The notes: generated from the letters alone by a model not told the origin. Shown: positions 20,009-29,958, numbered from the stretch's first letter. The stretch: DNA of 64,000 nucleotides from an uncultured Bdellovibrionales bacterium (GCA_964530135.1 CAZGXN010000006.1:5396-69395), one strand, 5' to 3'. Made by a program: numbers and translations.

Positions 20009-20593
20009 ATGAATAAAAACATAGTCATAGTAGTAGCATTGGGAGTAGTCGTAGTTCTCGGCGGCTGGTGGTTCACATCCAATCAGCAGGCAGCGAAGGA
20101 CAAAGCCATGATGGAAGAAAAGGCCATGTCTGAAAAAGCGGCCATGGAGAAGGCTACCATGGAAAAAGAAGCTATGATGAAAAAAGAAGAAGCCACGAAG
20201 CAGCCTGATGCCATGATGGAGAAAAAAACGGATACAATGACGGCGAAAAGCTACACCGTTACGATGAAGGAACTGAATGGTTCCAAACAAATCGGAACGG
20301 CGACGATCGTTGACGCTGACGGCAAGGCCAAGGTGACGGTCAAAGTTGCTACCGGAGTGAAAGACGCTCCGCAGCCGGCGCACATCCACATCGGCGCCTG
20401 TCCGACTCCGGGAGCGGTGGCGTATCCTCTGAGTGCGGTCGTGAACGGAATGTCCGAAACGACACTGTCGATTTCGACGACAGAGTTGCTCAGCAAATTG
20501 CCACTCGCGATCAATGTCCACAAGTCCAAGGAGGAAGCATCGGTTTACGTTTCCTGTGGGGATATCGTAGCGGATGCGATGATGAAGAAGTAG
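20009..20593 (+). CDS. membrane-anchored CHRD-domain protein with methionine-rich repeat region
   Basis: Repeats MMEEKAMSEKAAMEKATMEKEAMMKKEE; CHRD-like block PQPAHIHIGAC; strong SD gaaaggaggtgaa upstream. Confidence 0.45.
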   Translation: MNKNIVIVVALGVVVVLGGWWFTSNQQAAKDKAMMEEKAMSEKAAMEKATMEKEAMMKKEEATKQPDAMMEKKTDTMTAKSYTVTMKELNGSKQIGTATIVDADGKAKVTVKVATGVKDAPQPAHIHIGACPTPGAVAYPLSAVVNGMSETTLSISTTELLSKLPLAINVHKSKEEASVYVSCGDIVADAMMKK

Positions 20594-20700
20594 TATTCCT
20601 TACTTCACTTCGTACGAAGTGCCGTGAAGCCGGGGTGGTTTCTGCAGAGCCACCCTCCTTGGCGGCATTTGCACATAATTTTTTAAGTACGCAGATACAT

Positions 20701-21210
20701 ATGCATAACAACCTATTGTTAGGAATTGGAGGAGTCATCGTAGCGGTATTTAGTATCTGGTTTTTCACATTCCGAGACCAGGGGACACCTGACACAGCCG
20801 TGGTGCCGGTGAAAACAGAGAAGGCTGTGGTGGAGCAGAATAGTACTGCCAAAGCGGAAGACACAATGACACCCGCAGCAGAGAGTACCCCAGCAATCAA
20901 GGGTGGACAGTATGTCGCGTATGATGCATCGAAGCTCGCTTTTGCAAGAGAGGGCAAGGTGGTGCTCTTTTTCCGTGCTTCGTGGTGTTCGGAGTGTCGC
21001 GCCTTGGATGCCGATATCAGGAAAAATCTTGATCAGATTCCTGCCAATGTGTTGATTCTTGATGTTAATTATGACCAGTCTGGCGAACTTAAGAAAAAGT
21101 ACGGCGTGATCTATCAACATACGTTGGTGCAGGTGGATGAGAATGGCACGATGATTACCAAATGGTCAGGGAGTCCGGAGCTCCGCGATCTGTTGAAGGA
21201 AGTGAAGTAA
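20701..21210 (+). CDS. membrane-anchored thioredoxin-like protein (Etrx-like)
   Basis: N-terminal TM; LFFRASWCSECRAL WCxxC thioredoxin motif. Confidence 0.7.
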   Translation: MHNNLLLGIGGVIVAVFSIWFFTFRDQGTPDTAVVPVKTEKAVVEQNSTAKAEDTMTPAAESTPAIKGGQYVAYDASKLAFAREGKVVLFFRASWCSECRALDADIRKNLDQIPANVLILDVNYDQSGELKKKYGVIYQHTLVQVDENGTMITKWSGSPELRDLLKEVK

Positions 21211-21225
21211 CTTATAAGAAACATT

Positions 21226-22692
21226 ATGACAGTGCTGATAGTTTTCGCGTTTCTTGCTGGGCTGGTGACCATCCTTGCGCCGTGTATCTGGCCGATACTA
21301 CCGATTGTCTTATCAGCCGGAGCGACGGGAGGGGAGCGGAAGCCTCTCGGTATCGTCGTCGGTTTGGCCGTGAGCTTTATGCTCATCATTTTGGCTCTTG
21401 CCTCTCTCGTCAGAGTGATTCCGTTTGATCCGGAAGCGCTTCGGACGCTCGCGGTGTTCATCATCGGATTTCTTGGACTGACGATGATTATTCCGGCGCT
21501 CGGCGCTCGACTCGAAGCCACGGTCAGCCGTTTGAGTAGCTTCGGTGGAAGATTTACGCATAGGAGTGGCACCGGATTTGGGAGTGGTTTCATCGTCGGT
21601 TTCGCTCTGGGTCTCGTTTGGTCACCGTGTGCCGGACCGATACTTGCAACCATCGCAACCTTGGCCGCGACGCAGGCGGTGAGTTTCAATGTGGTATTGA
21701 TAACGCTGGCATTCGTGGTCGGAGTAGCGCTGCCACTTTTTGTGCTTGCTGTACTGGGACAGAACGTACTGGCCAAGACGCGAATTTTCTCCCAGTATAC
21801 CAAACGCATCCAGCAGGTATTTGGAGTCATCATGATAGTAGCGGCACTCGCCATCTATACGGGCTATGACCGGACGCTCCAGACCCAGATCCTGGACTCG
21901 TTCCCTGGTTATGGCAGTTTTCTGAATCAATTTGAGAAGAGTGATACGGTGAAGGAGAAACTCGATGAACTGAAAAACACGAAACAGAAAAGCGAATTTC
22001 TGGATATGCAGCCGACTGTTCAGGCAACGAAGAGTGATCTTTCAAACTATGGGCCGGCACCGGAATTCACGAGTATCGCCCAGTGGCTGAATAACGATAC
22101 GCCGCTGACGCTGGAAGGTTTGCGTGGCAAGGTAGTGTTGGTCGACTTCTGGACCTATAGTTGTATCAATTGTATTCGGACGTTGCCGTATTTGGTCAGC
22201 TGGTATGAGAAATACAGGGATCAGGGTTTTGTGATCGTCGGAGTGCATACGCCGGAATTTGAATTTGAAAAGAAAACATCCAATGTAGAAGAGGCGATGA
22301 AGCGCCATAAGATCAAGTATCCGGTAGCACAGGACAATGACTACGGAACGTGGCAAGTCTACAACAATCGTTATTGGCCGGCACACTATCTCATCGACGC
22401 GGAGGGGAATATCCGGCAGTACCATTTCGGTGAGGGCGCATACGCGGAAACAGAAACAGCCATACAGGAACTTTTGAAGGAAGCGGGGCAGAAAGTGGCT
22501 GCCGATATCTCAAATATCGAGGCGGAAAAATCGAGCGGACAAGAGACTCCGGAAACGTACCTGTGGAGTGATCGGGTGGAGCGATTGGTGTCGTCGGAAA
22601 AAATAACGGGGGAGGCACAAACGTTTACCGTGCCGGAGAGCCTAAGGGGACAGGCTCTGAGAAACACTTTTAACAGTGAAGAGAAAATATGA
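21226..22692 (+). CDS. CcdA/DsbD-type cytochrome c biogenesis transmembrane electron transporter fused to a C-terminal TlpA/ResA-like thiol-disulfide oxidoreductase
   Basis: TM1 [10 protein letters not shown] and later SPCAGPIL (paired Cys in TM segments typical of CcdA); C-terminal [19 protein letters not shown] redoxin CxxC. Confidence 0.75.
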   Translation: MTVLIVFAFLAGLVTILAPCIWPILPIVLSAGATGGERKPLGIVVGLAVSFMLIILALASLVRVIPFDPEALRTLAVFIIGFLGLTMIIPALGARLEATVSRLSSFGGRFTHRSGTGFGSGFIVGFALGLVWSPCAGPILATIATLAATQAVSFNVVLITLAFVVGVALPLFVLAVLGQNVLAKTRIFSQYTKRIQQVFGVIMIVAALAIYTGYDRTLQTQILDSFPGYGSFLNQFEKSDTVKEKLDELKNTKQKSEFLDMQPTVQATKSDLSNYGPAPEFTSIAQWLNNDTPLTLEGLRGKVVLVDFWTYSCINCIRTLPYLVSWYEKYRDQGFVIVGVHTPEFEFEKKTSNVEEAMKRHKIKYPVAQDNDYGTWQVYNNRYWPAHYLIDAEGNIRQYHFGEGAYAETETAIQELLKEAGQKVAADISNIEAEKSSGQETPETYLWSDRVERLVSSEKITGEAQTFTVPESLRGQALRNTFNSEEKI

Positions 22693-23906
22693 GCAGAGCG
22701 TATATAATACCTTTCATAGTAGTGGGTCTGCTGATCGTTATTGTTGGTGCTTGGTATGCAAAAGGTACTAAGAGTCTGGGGGACATAAAGATCCCAAGTA
22801 TCCCCAAGCAGAGTTGTTTAGAAACCAATAAAGAAAAGCATATGAAAAAGACTCAGGCAGAATTGGCACAGTACAGCCGCGCGTATTTTGCGGGCGGGTG
22901 TTTCTGGTGTACAGAGTCTGATTTGCAAAAAGCGCCCGGGGTGGTCGAGGTCATTTCTGGTTATGCGGGAGGCAGCGTCGTCAATCCAACATACAGTGAT
23001 GTGACGAGCGAGAAGAGCGGGCATCGGGAAGCCGTGGAAATTTATTATGATGGGAAGGTAACGACTTACGAAAATCTCGTACGTTACCACCTGATGCATA
23101 TCGACCCTACGGATGCGGGAGGACAATTCTATGATCGCGGAGAAAGTTATCAGGCGGTGATATTTTACGGTACGGAAGAGGAACGGAGAGCGGCCGAGCA
23201 AGCCATCCGGGAACTGGATGATGCCAAAGTGTTTGACAAGCCGGTAGCGGTCAGAATCCTACCGTACAAGAATTTCTATACGGCGGAAGAGTACCATCAG
23301 AATTATGCCGAGAATAGCACGGTCAAATACTGCGCCTATCGGGAGTCGAGCGGTCGGGATGCGTTTCTCCAGAAGTATTTTGGTAACAAAAGTTGGGCAG
23401 AGCTGGTAGGGAAGAAGGGAAGCGTGCAAAAGAGTGTGCCGGTCAACCTGGATTTTTCGCACTATGTGAAACCGAGCGAGGCCGAGCTGAAGGCACAGTT
23501 GACGGCTATTCAATATGCTGTCACCCAGAAGGAAGGAACAGAGAGACCATTTGATAATGCGTATAACGACAATCACAAGGTTGGCATCTATGTGGATATT
23601 GTCAGTGGCGAGCCGCTCTACTCATCCTCAGATAAGTATGACAGCGGTACCGGTTGGCCGAGCTTTGTGAAGCCGATAGATGACCGGTACATTGTCGAGA
23701 AAGTCGATGAGGGGTTTTTCGGTGATCGTACCGAGATTCGGAGTCGGTACGGGGACAATCATCTCGGACATGTCTTTGCCGACGGACCAGCGGAGCGCGG
23801 CGGGAGGCGCTATTGTATGAATTCTGCCGCCCTACGCTTCATTCCACGTGAAAGCATGGAGCAAGAGGGATACGGAGAGTATATAGCGAGCGTGAGTACC
23901 CAATAG
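22689..23906 (+). CDS. msrAB: peptide methionine sulfoxide reductase MsrA-MsrB fusion, N-terminally membrane-anchored
   Basis: MsrA active site [12 protein letters not shown]; MsrB motifs GTGWPSF and RYCMNSAAL; 4-nt overlap with upstream gene. Confidence 0.85.
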   Translation: MSRAYIIPFIVVGLLIVIVGAWYAKGTKSLGDIKIPSIPKQSCLETNKEKHMKKTQAELAQYSRAYFAGGCFWCTESDLQKAPGVVEVISGYAGGSVVNPTYSDVTSEKSGHREAVEIYYDGKVTTYENLVRYHLMHIDPTDAGGQFYDRGESYQAVIFYGTEEERRAAEQAIRELDDAKVFDKPVAVRILPYKNFYTAEEYHQNYAENSTVKYCAYRESSGRDAFLQKYFGNKSWAELVGKKGSVQKSVPVNLDFSHYVKPSEAELKAQLTAIQYAVTQKEGTERPFDNAYNDNHKVGIYVDIVSGEPLYSSSDKYDSGTGWPSFVKPIDDRYIVEKVDEGFFGDRTEIRSRYGDNHLGHVFADGPAERGGRRYCMNSAALRFIPRESMEQEGYGEYIASVSTQ

Positions 23907-23922
23907 CATAATTGCTGCTCAT

Positions 23923-24294
23923 ATGAATAAGTTTCGAGAGATCCTGAGAATAAGCGGTGTGCCAGTTGTATTGGCGTCGCTTTGCTGTCTCTCACCAGTT
24001 ATCCTTGTGCTTCTCGGAGTCTCATCGGTGAGCTTCGCTTCATCACTGGCTGATACTTTTTATGGGGAATACAAGTGGGTATTCCGTGGTATTGGAATCA
24101 TGACTCTTATCGGGTCATTGATGTATTACATCTATCGGCAGAAGGGAATTTGCACCCTTGATCAAGTGAAACGTCGGCGTAACGAGATCATCAATTATAT
24201 AGCGCTCACTCTCGTCGCAGGAGTTCTCGGATATCTCTTCTTTCTGTATGTGATTGTACATTATCTAGGTGTTTGGCTCTCGATATGGAAATGA
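23923..24294 (+). CDS. small membrane protein with MerT-like CC motif in first TM helix
   Basis: VVLASLCCLSPVILVLLG resembles MerT TM1 (Cys-Cys pair). Confidence 0.3.
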   Translation: MNKFREILRISGVPVVLASLCCLSPVILVLLGVSSVSFASSLADTFYGEYKWVFRGIGIMTLIGSLMYYIYRQKGICTLDQVKRRRNEIINYIALTLVAGVLGYLFFLYVIVHYLGVWLSIWK

Positions 24295-24488
24295 GCTAAC
24301 AATTGTTTTATCTGAGATACAGTTATTTCAGGATTAGGAAACGCCCATTCCCACTGAAAAGTTCGGAAGCTATCCCGCCAAGCGAGCAATGAAATTTGAG
24401 GCTTAATAAAGCCTCATTATTTGCTATTTGAAATAGAGTTAGAACTGATGCATACTTAAGGCAATAAAATTTACTAATCTGAAGTATT

Positions 24489-24794
24489 ATGGCATTCGAA
24501 TATCCAGAAAAGAGTAACCAGCCGATTCTCGATCTCAGCTTTATTAATAAGATGGAAGAGCTTGGTCCAGAGAATGAAGAGGTTCAAGAATTAGCAGCTG
24601 AAGGCGCGAAAAAAATTATTAAACAGATGGTGGCTATTGTAGAAGGGGAGGATATATATAAAAGAGCAGACTTAAGGCGTGAAGTAGATGGGCTCACTAA
24701 TTACCAAAAGGGCGCTCTTCTATCATGGACAGTCTCTGATCGGAATTTGAATGAAATAACAAAAAGGGAAATTGTGAGAATGTTGGAGGCTTAA
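24489..24794 (+). CDS. hypothetical protein
   Basis: ORF only. Confidence 0.3.
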   Translation: MAFEYPEKSNQPILDLSFINKMEELGPENEEVQELAAEGAKKIIKQMVAIVEGEDIYKRADLRREVDGLTNYQKGALLSWTVSDRNLNEITKREIVRMLEA

Positions 24795-24796
24795 GT

Positions 24797-24888
24797 GGGT
24801 TCTAATAGCGTCCAGTCCGCGGAGCAGTTAAAAACAGGGCTTACCCAAGCCTCGTTTTTTGTTAACCAAAGTGAAGGTTAGAACCAGG
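24797..24888 (+). repeat. att-like motif copy 5: tRNA 3'-half-like gggttctaatagcgtccagtccgcggagca fused to gttaaaaacagggcttacccaagcctcgttttttgttaaccaaagtgaaggttagaaccagg
   Basis: Best-preserved copy; ggagcagtt identical to sequence just 3' of tRNA-Asn; about 85% identity to copy 2. Confidence 0.55.
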
Positions 24889-24903
24889 TATACTGAAGAT
24901 ACT

Positions 24904-25416
24904 ATGTTACCAAAAATCTATTTTGTTATTGGAGCCAATGGAGTAGGTAAGACTACTCTTCTTTCCCATTTAGTAACTCTTTTGTCACAGGGCGTATTTG
25001 AGCTTCACGATTTTGATGAAAGAGGTGTTCCTGATAATGCAGATAAAATTTGGCGTATTAGCGAGACAAACTATTGGATTAGTCGTGGAGAAGAAAATAA
25101 ACGAAAAGGAGTCTCTACCGTCATTTGTGGATTCTCGAAGCCTGAGGAAATAGGTGAGCGAGCTGAAATTATATTACTTGATGTCAATGCAGAATCATTG
25201 GAAAAAAGGCTGAGAGGACGCTATCAAACAGAAGAATCTTTGAAAGAACTAGAGCGAACAACGGGAAAAAGTGTAGAGAAGTTCCTGGCTGATAACATTT
25301 ATGTGTCTTCCCTCTTAAGGAAGAGCTGTGAAGAACGTGTCTGTAAGATAATTGAAACATCGGACGTTTCACCTGCGGAGATAGCTCAAGCAGTTGCAGG
25401 ATTTATAAGGGGCTAA
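24904..25416 (+). CDS. P-loop NTPase / predicted kinase (AAA_33 or zeta-toxin-like fold)
   Basis: Walker A IGANGVGKTTLL. Confidence 0.5.
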   Translation: MLPKIYFVIGANGVGKTTLLSHLVTLLSQGVFELHDFDERGVPDNADKIWRISETNYWISRGEENKRKGVSTVICGFSKPEEIGERAEIILLDVNAESLEKRLRGRYQTEESLKELERTTGKSVEKFLADNIYVSSLLRKSCEERVCKIIETSDVSPAEIAQAVAGFIRG

Positions 25417-25418
25417 GA

Positions 25419-25988
25419 GTGAAGAGAAATATGAAACCAAAACTGATTATTTTAAATGGTGCTCTCGGAGTAGGGAAATCTACTTTGGCAGAACGGTATG
25501 CAGCGGAGCATCCGCTTACCTTAAAATTAGATATTGATGAAGTAAGAAGATTGATGAGCAACTATCGAGAAGAGAAAGAAATTTCAGGACTATTGGCTAA
25601 AAAAATGGCAGGTGAGATGGCACGAGTGCATTTGAAAGAGGGATATGATGTGGTTATTTCACAAATCTTTACTCAAACCGAGCCCCTTGAAGGTTTAGAG
25701 GGGATTGCCGAAGAATGTGGAGCAGATTTCTATGAATTGCTTCTTTCAATTTCCAAAGAGGATTCTATCAGGAGGTTTATCGAAAGAGGAAAGGCTGAAG
25801 GGTATACAGATGGTTTTCGTCCAGGAGGACTCGTAACTACAGGGGGAAAGGAAAAAAAGCTGGCGGAGATGTATGATGGCATGATGACTTTAGTTTCTAA
25901 ACGACCTCATACGAGAATTGTCGAGTCAGTAGAAGGGGATATTGATGGCACCTATAAGAATCTCATGGAAGCGGTCACTAGGGGATAG
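25419..25988 (+). CDS. P-loop NTPase / predicted kinase, tandem paralogue of previous
   Basis: Walker A LNGALGVGKSTLAERY; DIDEVRR; 2-nt gap from previous gene. Confidence 0.5.
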   Translation: MKRNMKPKLIILNGALGVGKSTLAERYAAEHPLTLKLDIDEVRRLMSNYREEKEISGLLAKKMAGEMARVHLKEGYDVVISQIFTQTEPLEGLEGIAEECGADFYELLLSISKEDSIRRFIERGKAEGYTDGFRPGGLVTTGGKEKKLAEMYDGMMTLVSKRPHTRIVESVEGDIDGTYKNLMEAVTRG

Positions 25989-26032
25989 AATTTCTTCAGA
26001 TGGGCTCTATTACTACTGGAATATACAAATAG

Positions 26033-26077
26033 TCTTGTTTCTGAATCACGGTTCTAACGTCCTTCACGATGCGGAGC
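26033..26077 (+). repeat. 45-nt repeat A, second copy (cttgtttctgaatcacggttctaacgtccttcacgatgcggagca)
   Basis: 42/45 identity to 17328-17372. Confidence 0.5.
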
Positions 26078-26429
26078 AATATGGTGTTTCGTATGATGCG
26101 GCATGGGGTTCGGTAGTTCATGCCTACATGACAGGGACTTCTTTCAGTAGTGAAGAAATACGTCCTTTGCTCGATGACGTTTTTCATGAAAAGTTCGCGG
26201 ATAGACTTGAAAGAGTAAATAGAAATAATGATGTGATAAGTCTTTCACAGGTAATGAGGTTGTTTAGTGATGTATATCAAATATCTCCTTCAGCTACATT
26301 CTCAGGCATATGGGAGTCTTTTAGAAGGAGTACGCCTTCTTAAGTTTTACTTGCTAAACTTAGGATATATACATACTCACTTTTCTTCTGTATAACAGTT
26401 TTGTAGTTAACTCTAACGTATTTGAATCA

Positions 26430-26777
26430 GTGAGTATGCGTGTATGGGATATACATCCAAAACACCTTTGTCGCAAACACCTCCTTGCGGAGCATCGCGA
26501 GCTTCACGGACTTTGGAATATTTTGACAAAGCATAAAGGTCAAGGCGGATATGCGCGCCATCCGGAAACTTTACGCTGGGTGGGGAAGCAAAAGGCTTTG
26601 TATACTCGGCACGAGTTATTGGTACAGGAATTTGCGCGCCGAGGATATAAACATCACACCCCGCTTGATAAACGCCATGCGACTGGTCTGGGAAGTCAAA
26701 AAGTGTTTATAAACACCCTGAAAGAACAAAAAATTCTTCTGAAGGAAAAACCGTGTGAATGTTTACTCCATATTTGA
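26430..26777 (+). CDS. pyrimidine dimer DNA glycosylase-like protein (T4 endonuclease V / Pyr_excise family)
   Basis: N-terminus MRVWDIHPKHLCRKHLLAEHRELHGLW parallels T4 endoV (INLTLV...DQHLMAEYRELPRVF). Confidence 0.45.
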   Translation: MSMRVWDIHPKHLCRKHLLAEHRELHGLWNILTKHKGQGGYARHPETLRWVGKQKALYTRHELLVQEFARRGYKHHTPLDKRHATGLGSQKVFINTLKEQKILLKEKPCECLLHI

Positions 26778-26914
26778 TCGGCAGTGGGCCAGTCGGGTGG
26801 GATCACTCACCTGCTCCAGGAGGGAAATTTAGTGAAAAAAGCGGTATACTCAAGTAGGTCAAAAATGATAGGCGTCAGGCATAATTTTGTAACTAAAGAA
26901 TAGGCTCACATTCT

Positions 26915-27316
26915 ATGCTCAAAGAATTTAAACAGTTTTTGTTGAGAGGAAATGTGGTGGATTTAGCAGTTGGTGTTGTCGTCGGTGCCGCCTTTGGAAC
27001 AATTGTCTCCGCTCTTGTAACCGATCTCCTCGCCCCACTTATTGCCGCGATCGTAAAAGTACCGGATTTTGGAGAATTGTCATTCACCATAAACGGTAGT
27101 CAATTCATGTATGGCCACTTTATCAATGCACTTATATCTTTTTTACTTGTGGCGACAGCGGTGTTTTTCTTTGTGGTAAAACCAATGAATATACTGATTG
27201 CGAAAGCTAAAAAAGAACCACCAGTCGATCCGACAACCAAGAAGTGCACGGAGTGTTTGAGTGAGATACCGCTTGAGGCGAAGCGTTGTTCGCAGTGCAC
27301 GCAGGTAGTGGGGTAA
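26915..27316 (+). CDS. mscL: large-conductance mechanosensitive channel MscL with C-terminal CxxC...CxxC zinc-ribbon tail
   Basis: MLKEFKQFLLRGNVVDLAVGVVVGAAFG signature; C-terminus KKCTECLSEIPLEAKRCSQCTQ. Confidence 0.8.
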   Translation: MLKEFKQFLLRGNVVDLAVGVVVGAAFGTIVSALVTDLLAPLIAAIVKVPDFGELSFTINGSQFMYGHFINALISFLLVATAVFFFVVKPMNILIAKAKKEPPVDPTTKKCTECLSEIPLEAKRCSQCTQVVG

Positions 27317-27432
27317 AAACCGGATAAGAATTCGGTACGCTATTCAGTGGCGGAACCCTCAGAATCGTCCCGCCTGTGCGAGATACTTCAAAATGAGAAG
27401 CGACGGGGGCGAAAAATTTTTCAAGATTCAAT

Positions 27433-27672
27433 ATGGACAAATCCGGAGTAACAGGGCGCATCAATGAAATAGCCTTTCAATTACTCAAACAGCATCCAAA
27501 GGGGCTCCGTTGGTCGGAACTCCTCTCAAAAATTGAAGCATCGGATCCCAGCCTTCATCCAAAAACAGTTAATGGATGTGTCTGGAGACTGATTGAAAAA
27601 TTTCCAGACCAGGTGTACAAACCATCCAAAGGACTTTTCCGTTTGTTGAAATATAAATCTATCAAAGGATAA
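27433..27672 (+). CDS. small hypothetical protein, possibly winged-helix
   Basis: ORF only. Confidence 0.25.
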   Translation: MDKSGVTGRINEIAFQLLKQHPKGLRWSELLSKIEASDPSLHPKTVNGCVWRLIEKFPDQVYKPSKGLFRLLKYKSIKG

Positions 27673-27690
27673 TCGGATCAAGAGACACAT

Positions 27691-28113
27691 ATGAAATCAT
27701 CAATAACGGTCGAGGTATTTGTAGAGGCCCCCAGAGAGAAAATTTGGGAATATTGGACTAAGCCAGAACATATCAAAAATTGGAATTTTGCTTCGGATGA
27801 TTGGTGTACGCCTCACGCTACCAATGACTTGAGAGTAGGGGGGAAGTTTACTTTCCGAATGGAAGCTAAGGACGGGAGTGCGGGGTTTGATTTTGGGGGG
27901 ACTTATACGGCTATTGATGAGTATAAAAAAATAGAATATGTCATGGGTGGTGATGGCGGGAGAAGGGTGAGTATTGAGTTTATGGCGCAAGGGAATGGGC
28001 ACACAGTAACAGAGACATTTGAGGCTGAAGAAGAGCATTCACTTGAAATGCAGAAAAATGGTTGGCAGGCTATACTGAATAACTTCAAAAAATATATAGA
28101 GGCGCGCTCATAA
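27691..28113 (+). CDS. SRPBCC superfamily protein (AHSA1 / activator of Hsp90 ATPase homologue-like)
   Basis: ITVEVFVEAPREKIWEYWTKPEHIKNWN...WQAILNNFKKYIE pattern. Confidence 0.55.
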   Translation: MKSSITVEVFVEAPREKIWEYWTKPEHIKNWNFASDDWCTPHATNDLRVGGKFTFRMEAKDGSAGFDFGGTYTAIDEYKKIEYVMGGDGGRRVSIEFMAQGNGHTVTETFEAEEEHSLEMQKNGWQAILNNFKKYIEARS

Positions 28114-28400
28114 TGGTTGTATCGGTGTCTGTATACCAATGTCCTGAACACACGCGTTTCTTTGAATATCAGCCGACTATTATTCTTCCTCTGATCGGAG
28201 TGAGACAGCTGAGAGAAGTCTACCCTCCTTGGGGGGGTGAAAGCTATTTTATCACCCTACAATGTGTAAGTAGCACGGGGTTAGTGGCGGGCTAGGAGAC
28301 CCCGTCTATAGTGGACAACTATTTTTTGATGGTAGAATAGGGGCACATACGAGGAGGGATTTTTGAGGGACGGGAGAGAACTGATGGTAAGAATAAATCT

Positions 28401-28772
28401 ATGCTGACGGTATGTATAGTAGATGATAGCGCGGATATCCGCGATATCTACAGTCTCAAATTTCAGCGAGAGGGTTTTATGGTTGTCGTTGCGAGAGATG
28501 GTGCAGAGGGTCTCCAGCTCATCAGGGAGAAGAGACCTGACGTTATTCTATTGGATATAGAGATGCCCGTGATGGGTGGGCTCGAAGTACTCAAGGCATT
28601 GAAAGAAGATCCGGAACTGGAAAAAATTCCGGTTGTCGTCCTGAGCAATATCGATAACGAAGCGATGTTTCAACGGGTGAGCGAACTTGGCGCCGCAAAA
28701 TATTATCTCGTGAAATCCCTCACGGATTCTCAACGGGTCGTGTCCGTCACACTTGAAGCCCTGAATGCGTAA
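28401..28772 (+). CDS. stand-alone response regulator receiver (CheY-like) domain protein
   Basis: IVDDSADIRD...VILLDIEMPVMGGLEVLKALK...IPVVVLS (Asp pocket, phospho-acceptor D). Confidence 0.75.
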   Translation: MLTVCIVDDSADIRDIYSLKFQREGFMVVVARDGAEGLQLIREKRPDVILLDIEMPVMGGLEVLKALKEDPELEKIPVVVLSNIDNEAMFQRVSELGAAKYYLVKSLTDSQRVVSVTLEALNA

Positions 28773-28923
28773 AGAAAAGTGTCGAGACGCTCCTTCTGCC
28801 ATCTGGAGAAGACTGCAAAGTTTACAGCATACTTTTTTGAGAGTCTGGTGTACGGGTTCCGGAAATTATTTGGCTGTTTTTTGAAAAAGGATACGGGAGA
28901 CTGCGCTGTGATACCATAACTCT

Positions 28924-29418
28924 ATGGACATCATCTCGCATGGATTGTGGGGGTCGCTCATCTTTGGCCGGACACCGCGGCGCGTTTTCTGGTGGGCATT
29001 TTTCTGGGGCGTGTTTCCGGACCTGATATCTTTTGGTTTGTATACGATCGGTACATGGGTCGGATTGTTTACACATCCTGATTGGAGTTCAGCTCAACAC
29101 CCTGATCCATCGGCCATACCAGCTTTTGTGCATAGTTTGTACAATTTCTCACACAGCCTCATTGTGTTTGCTCTGGTGTTTGGCGGTGCGTGGATCTTTT
29201 TACGTCATCGCACATGGCCATTGGCAGCCTGGGGCCTACATATCCTTGTCGATATCCCCACCCATGCCTCGGCATTTTTTCCGACTCCATTTCTGTTCCC
29301 ATTGTCTGACTTTCGTGTCAATGGCATTGCATGGGGGCAGCCGATTATTTTTTTCCCCAATCTTATCTTGCTCATTGGGCTATACGCCTGGTTCTACGGA
29401 TTTCGGAGAAAAACTTAG
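28924..29418 (+). CDS. membrane protein, possibly DUF457/YdjM-like metal-dependent hydrolase
   Basis: Starts MDIISHGLWG..., several TM helices, conserved His residues. Confidence 0.3.
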   Translation: MDIISHGLWGSLIFGRTPRRVFWWAFFWGVFPDLISFGLYTIGTWVGLFTHPDWSSAQHPDPSAIPAFVHSLYNFSHSLIVFALVFGGAWIFLRHRTWPLAAWGLHILVDIPTHASAFFPTPFLFPLSDFRVNGIAWGQPIIFFPNLILLIGLYAWFYGFRRKT

Positions 29419-29547
29419 GCCCAAAGTATTCTTGTGGTGATGCCACGAGAGGGGACAGTAATAGGGACGGCAGACTCAGCCGAAAGGACTGTCATAGAAA
29501 AAACCACTCTCCAAGAAAGTGGTTTCCTCCTCTATTATATGATCGGA

Positions 29548-29958
29548 CTATTCAACGATCAGAGTACCGAATTGACCCTTGGCTCGGTGGCCAGGCTTGG
29601 AGCAGTAATAGGTGAAGGTGCCAGTTTTGTCAGCCTTGAACTCGATGACAACCTCTTGATTGAGGGGTAATTCTGTCTTGACTCCAAACTCATCAAGTGT
29701 AAAATCATGCCCTCCTTTTGTGGTGGTCGCTCGGATGCGGACTGTGTCGCCTTTCTTTACACGGATTTCTTTGAGTGAGTACCAGACTCCCGTTTCATCG
29801 AAATAGGCGGTGGTGGTGAATTCCTTCACGGATCCAGTCGGTTTCTCGGCGGCCTGATTCAGTGATCCAGTCGGAGCTGTTACCGTGTTGCTGCGCATAA
29901 ACATATATCCACCGAGTGCAACGATGACGATCAGCGCGACCCATACCAGCTTTCCCAT
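29548..29958 (-). CDS. membrane-anchored cupredoxin (plastocyanin/azurin-like blue copper protein)
   Basis: GGHDF...YYCSKPGHRAKGQFG: His, Cys, His ligand spacing of type-1 Cu sites. Confidence 0.55.
   Translation of the reverse strand: MGKLVWVALIVIVALGGYMFMRSNTVTAPTGSLNQAAEKPTGSVKEFTTTAYFDETGVWYSLKEIRVKKGDTVRIRATTTKGGHDFTLDEFGVKTELPLNQEVVIEFKADKTGTFTYYCSKPGHRAKGQFGTLIVE

Noticed and set aside
19980-20011. 22-nt near-identical block atatgaaaggaggtgaa(a/t)ca(a)tatg upstream of the CHRD gene and again at 47447-47478 upstream of the SHOCT gene
   Set aside because: Both are simply strong consensus Shine-Dalgarno sites (GAAAGGAGGTGA) with similar spacers. Most likely convergence on an optimal RBS rather than a mobile or regulatory repeat.
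19949-20521. 190-aa minus-strand ORF rich in His/Arg/Phe repeats (FFFHHSFFFHGSLLHGRFFRHGLFFHHGF)
   Set aside because: It is the reverse-complement shadow of the Met/Glu/Lys repeat region of the CHRD protein gene. Repeats on one strand automatically generate repeats on the other.
21114-21854. 246-aa minus-strand ORF
   Set aside because: Antisense to the CcdA-thioredoxin fusion gene, which has clear catalytic motifs; composition Ala/Thr/Ser-rich shadow.
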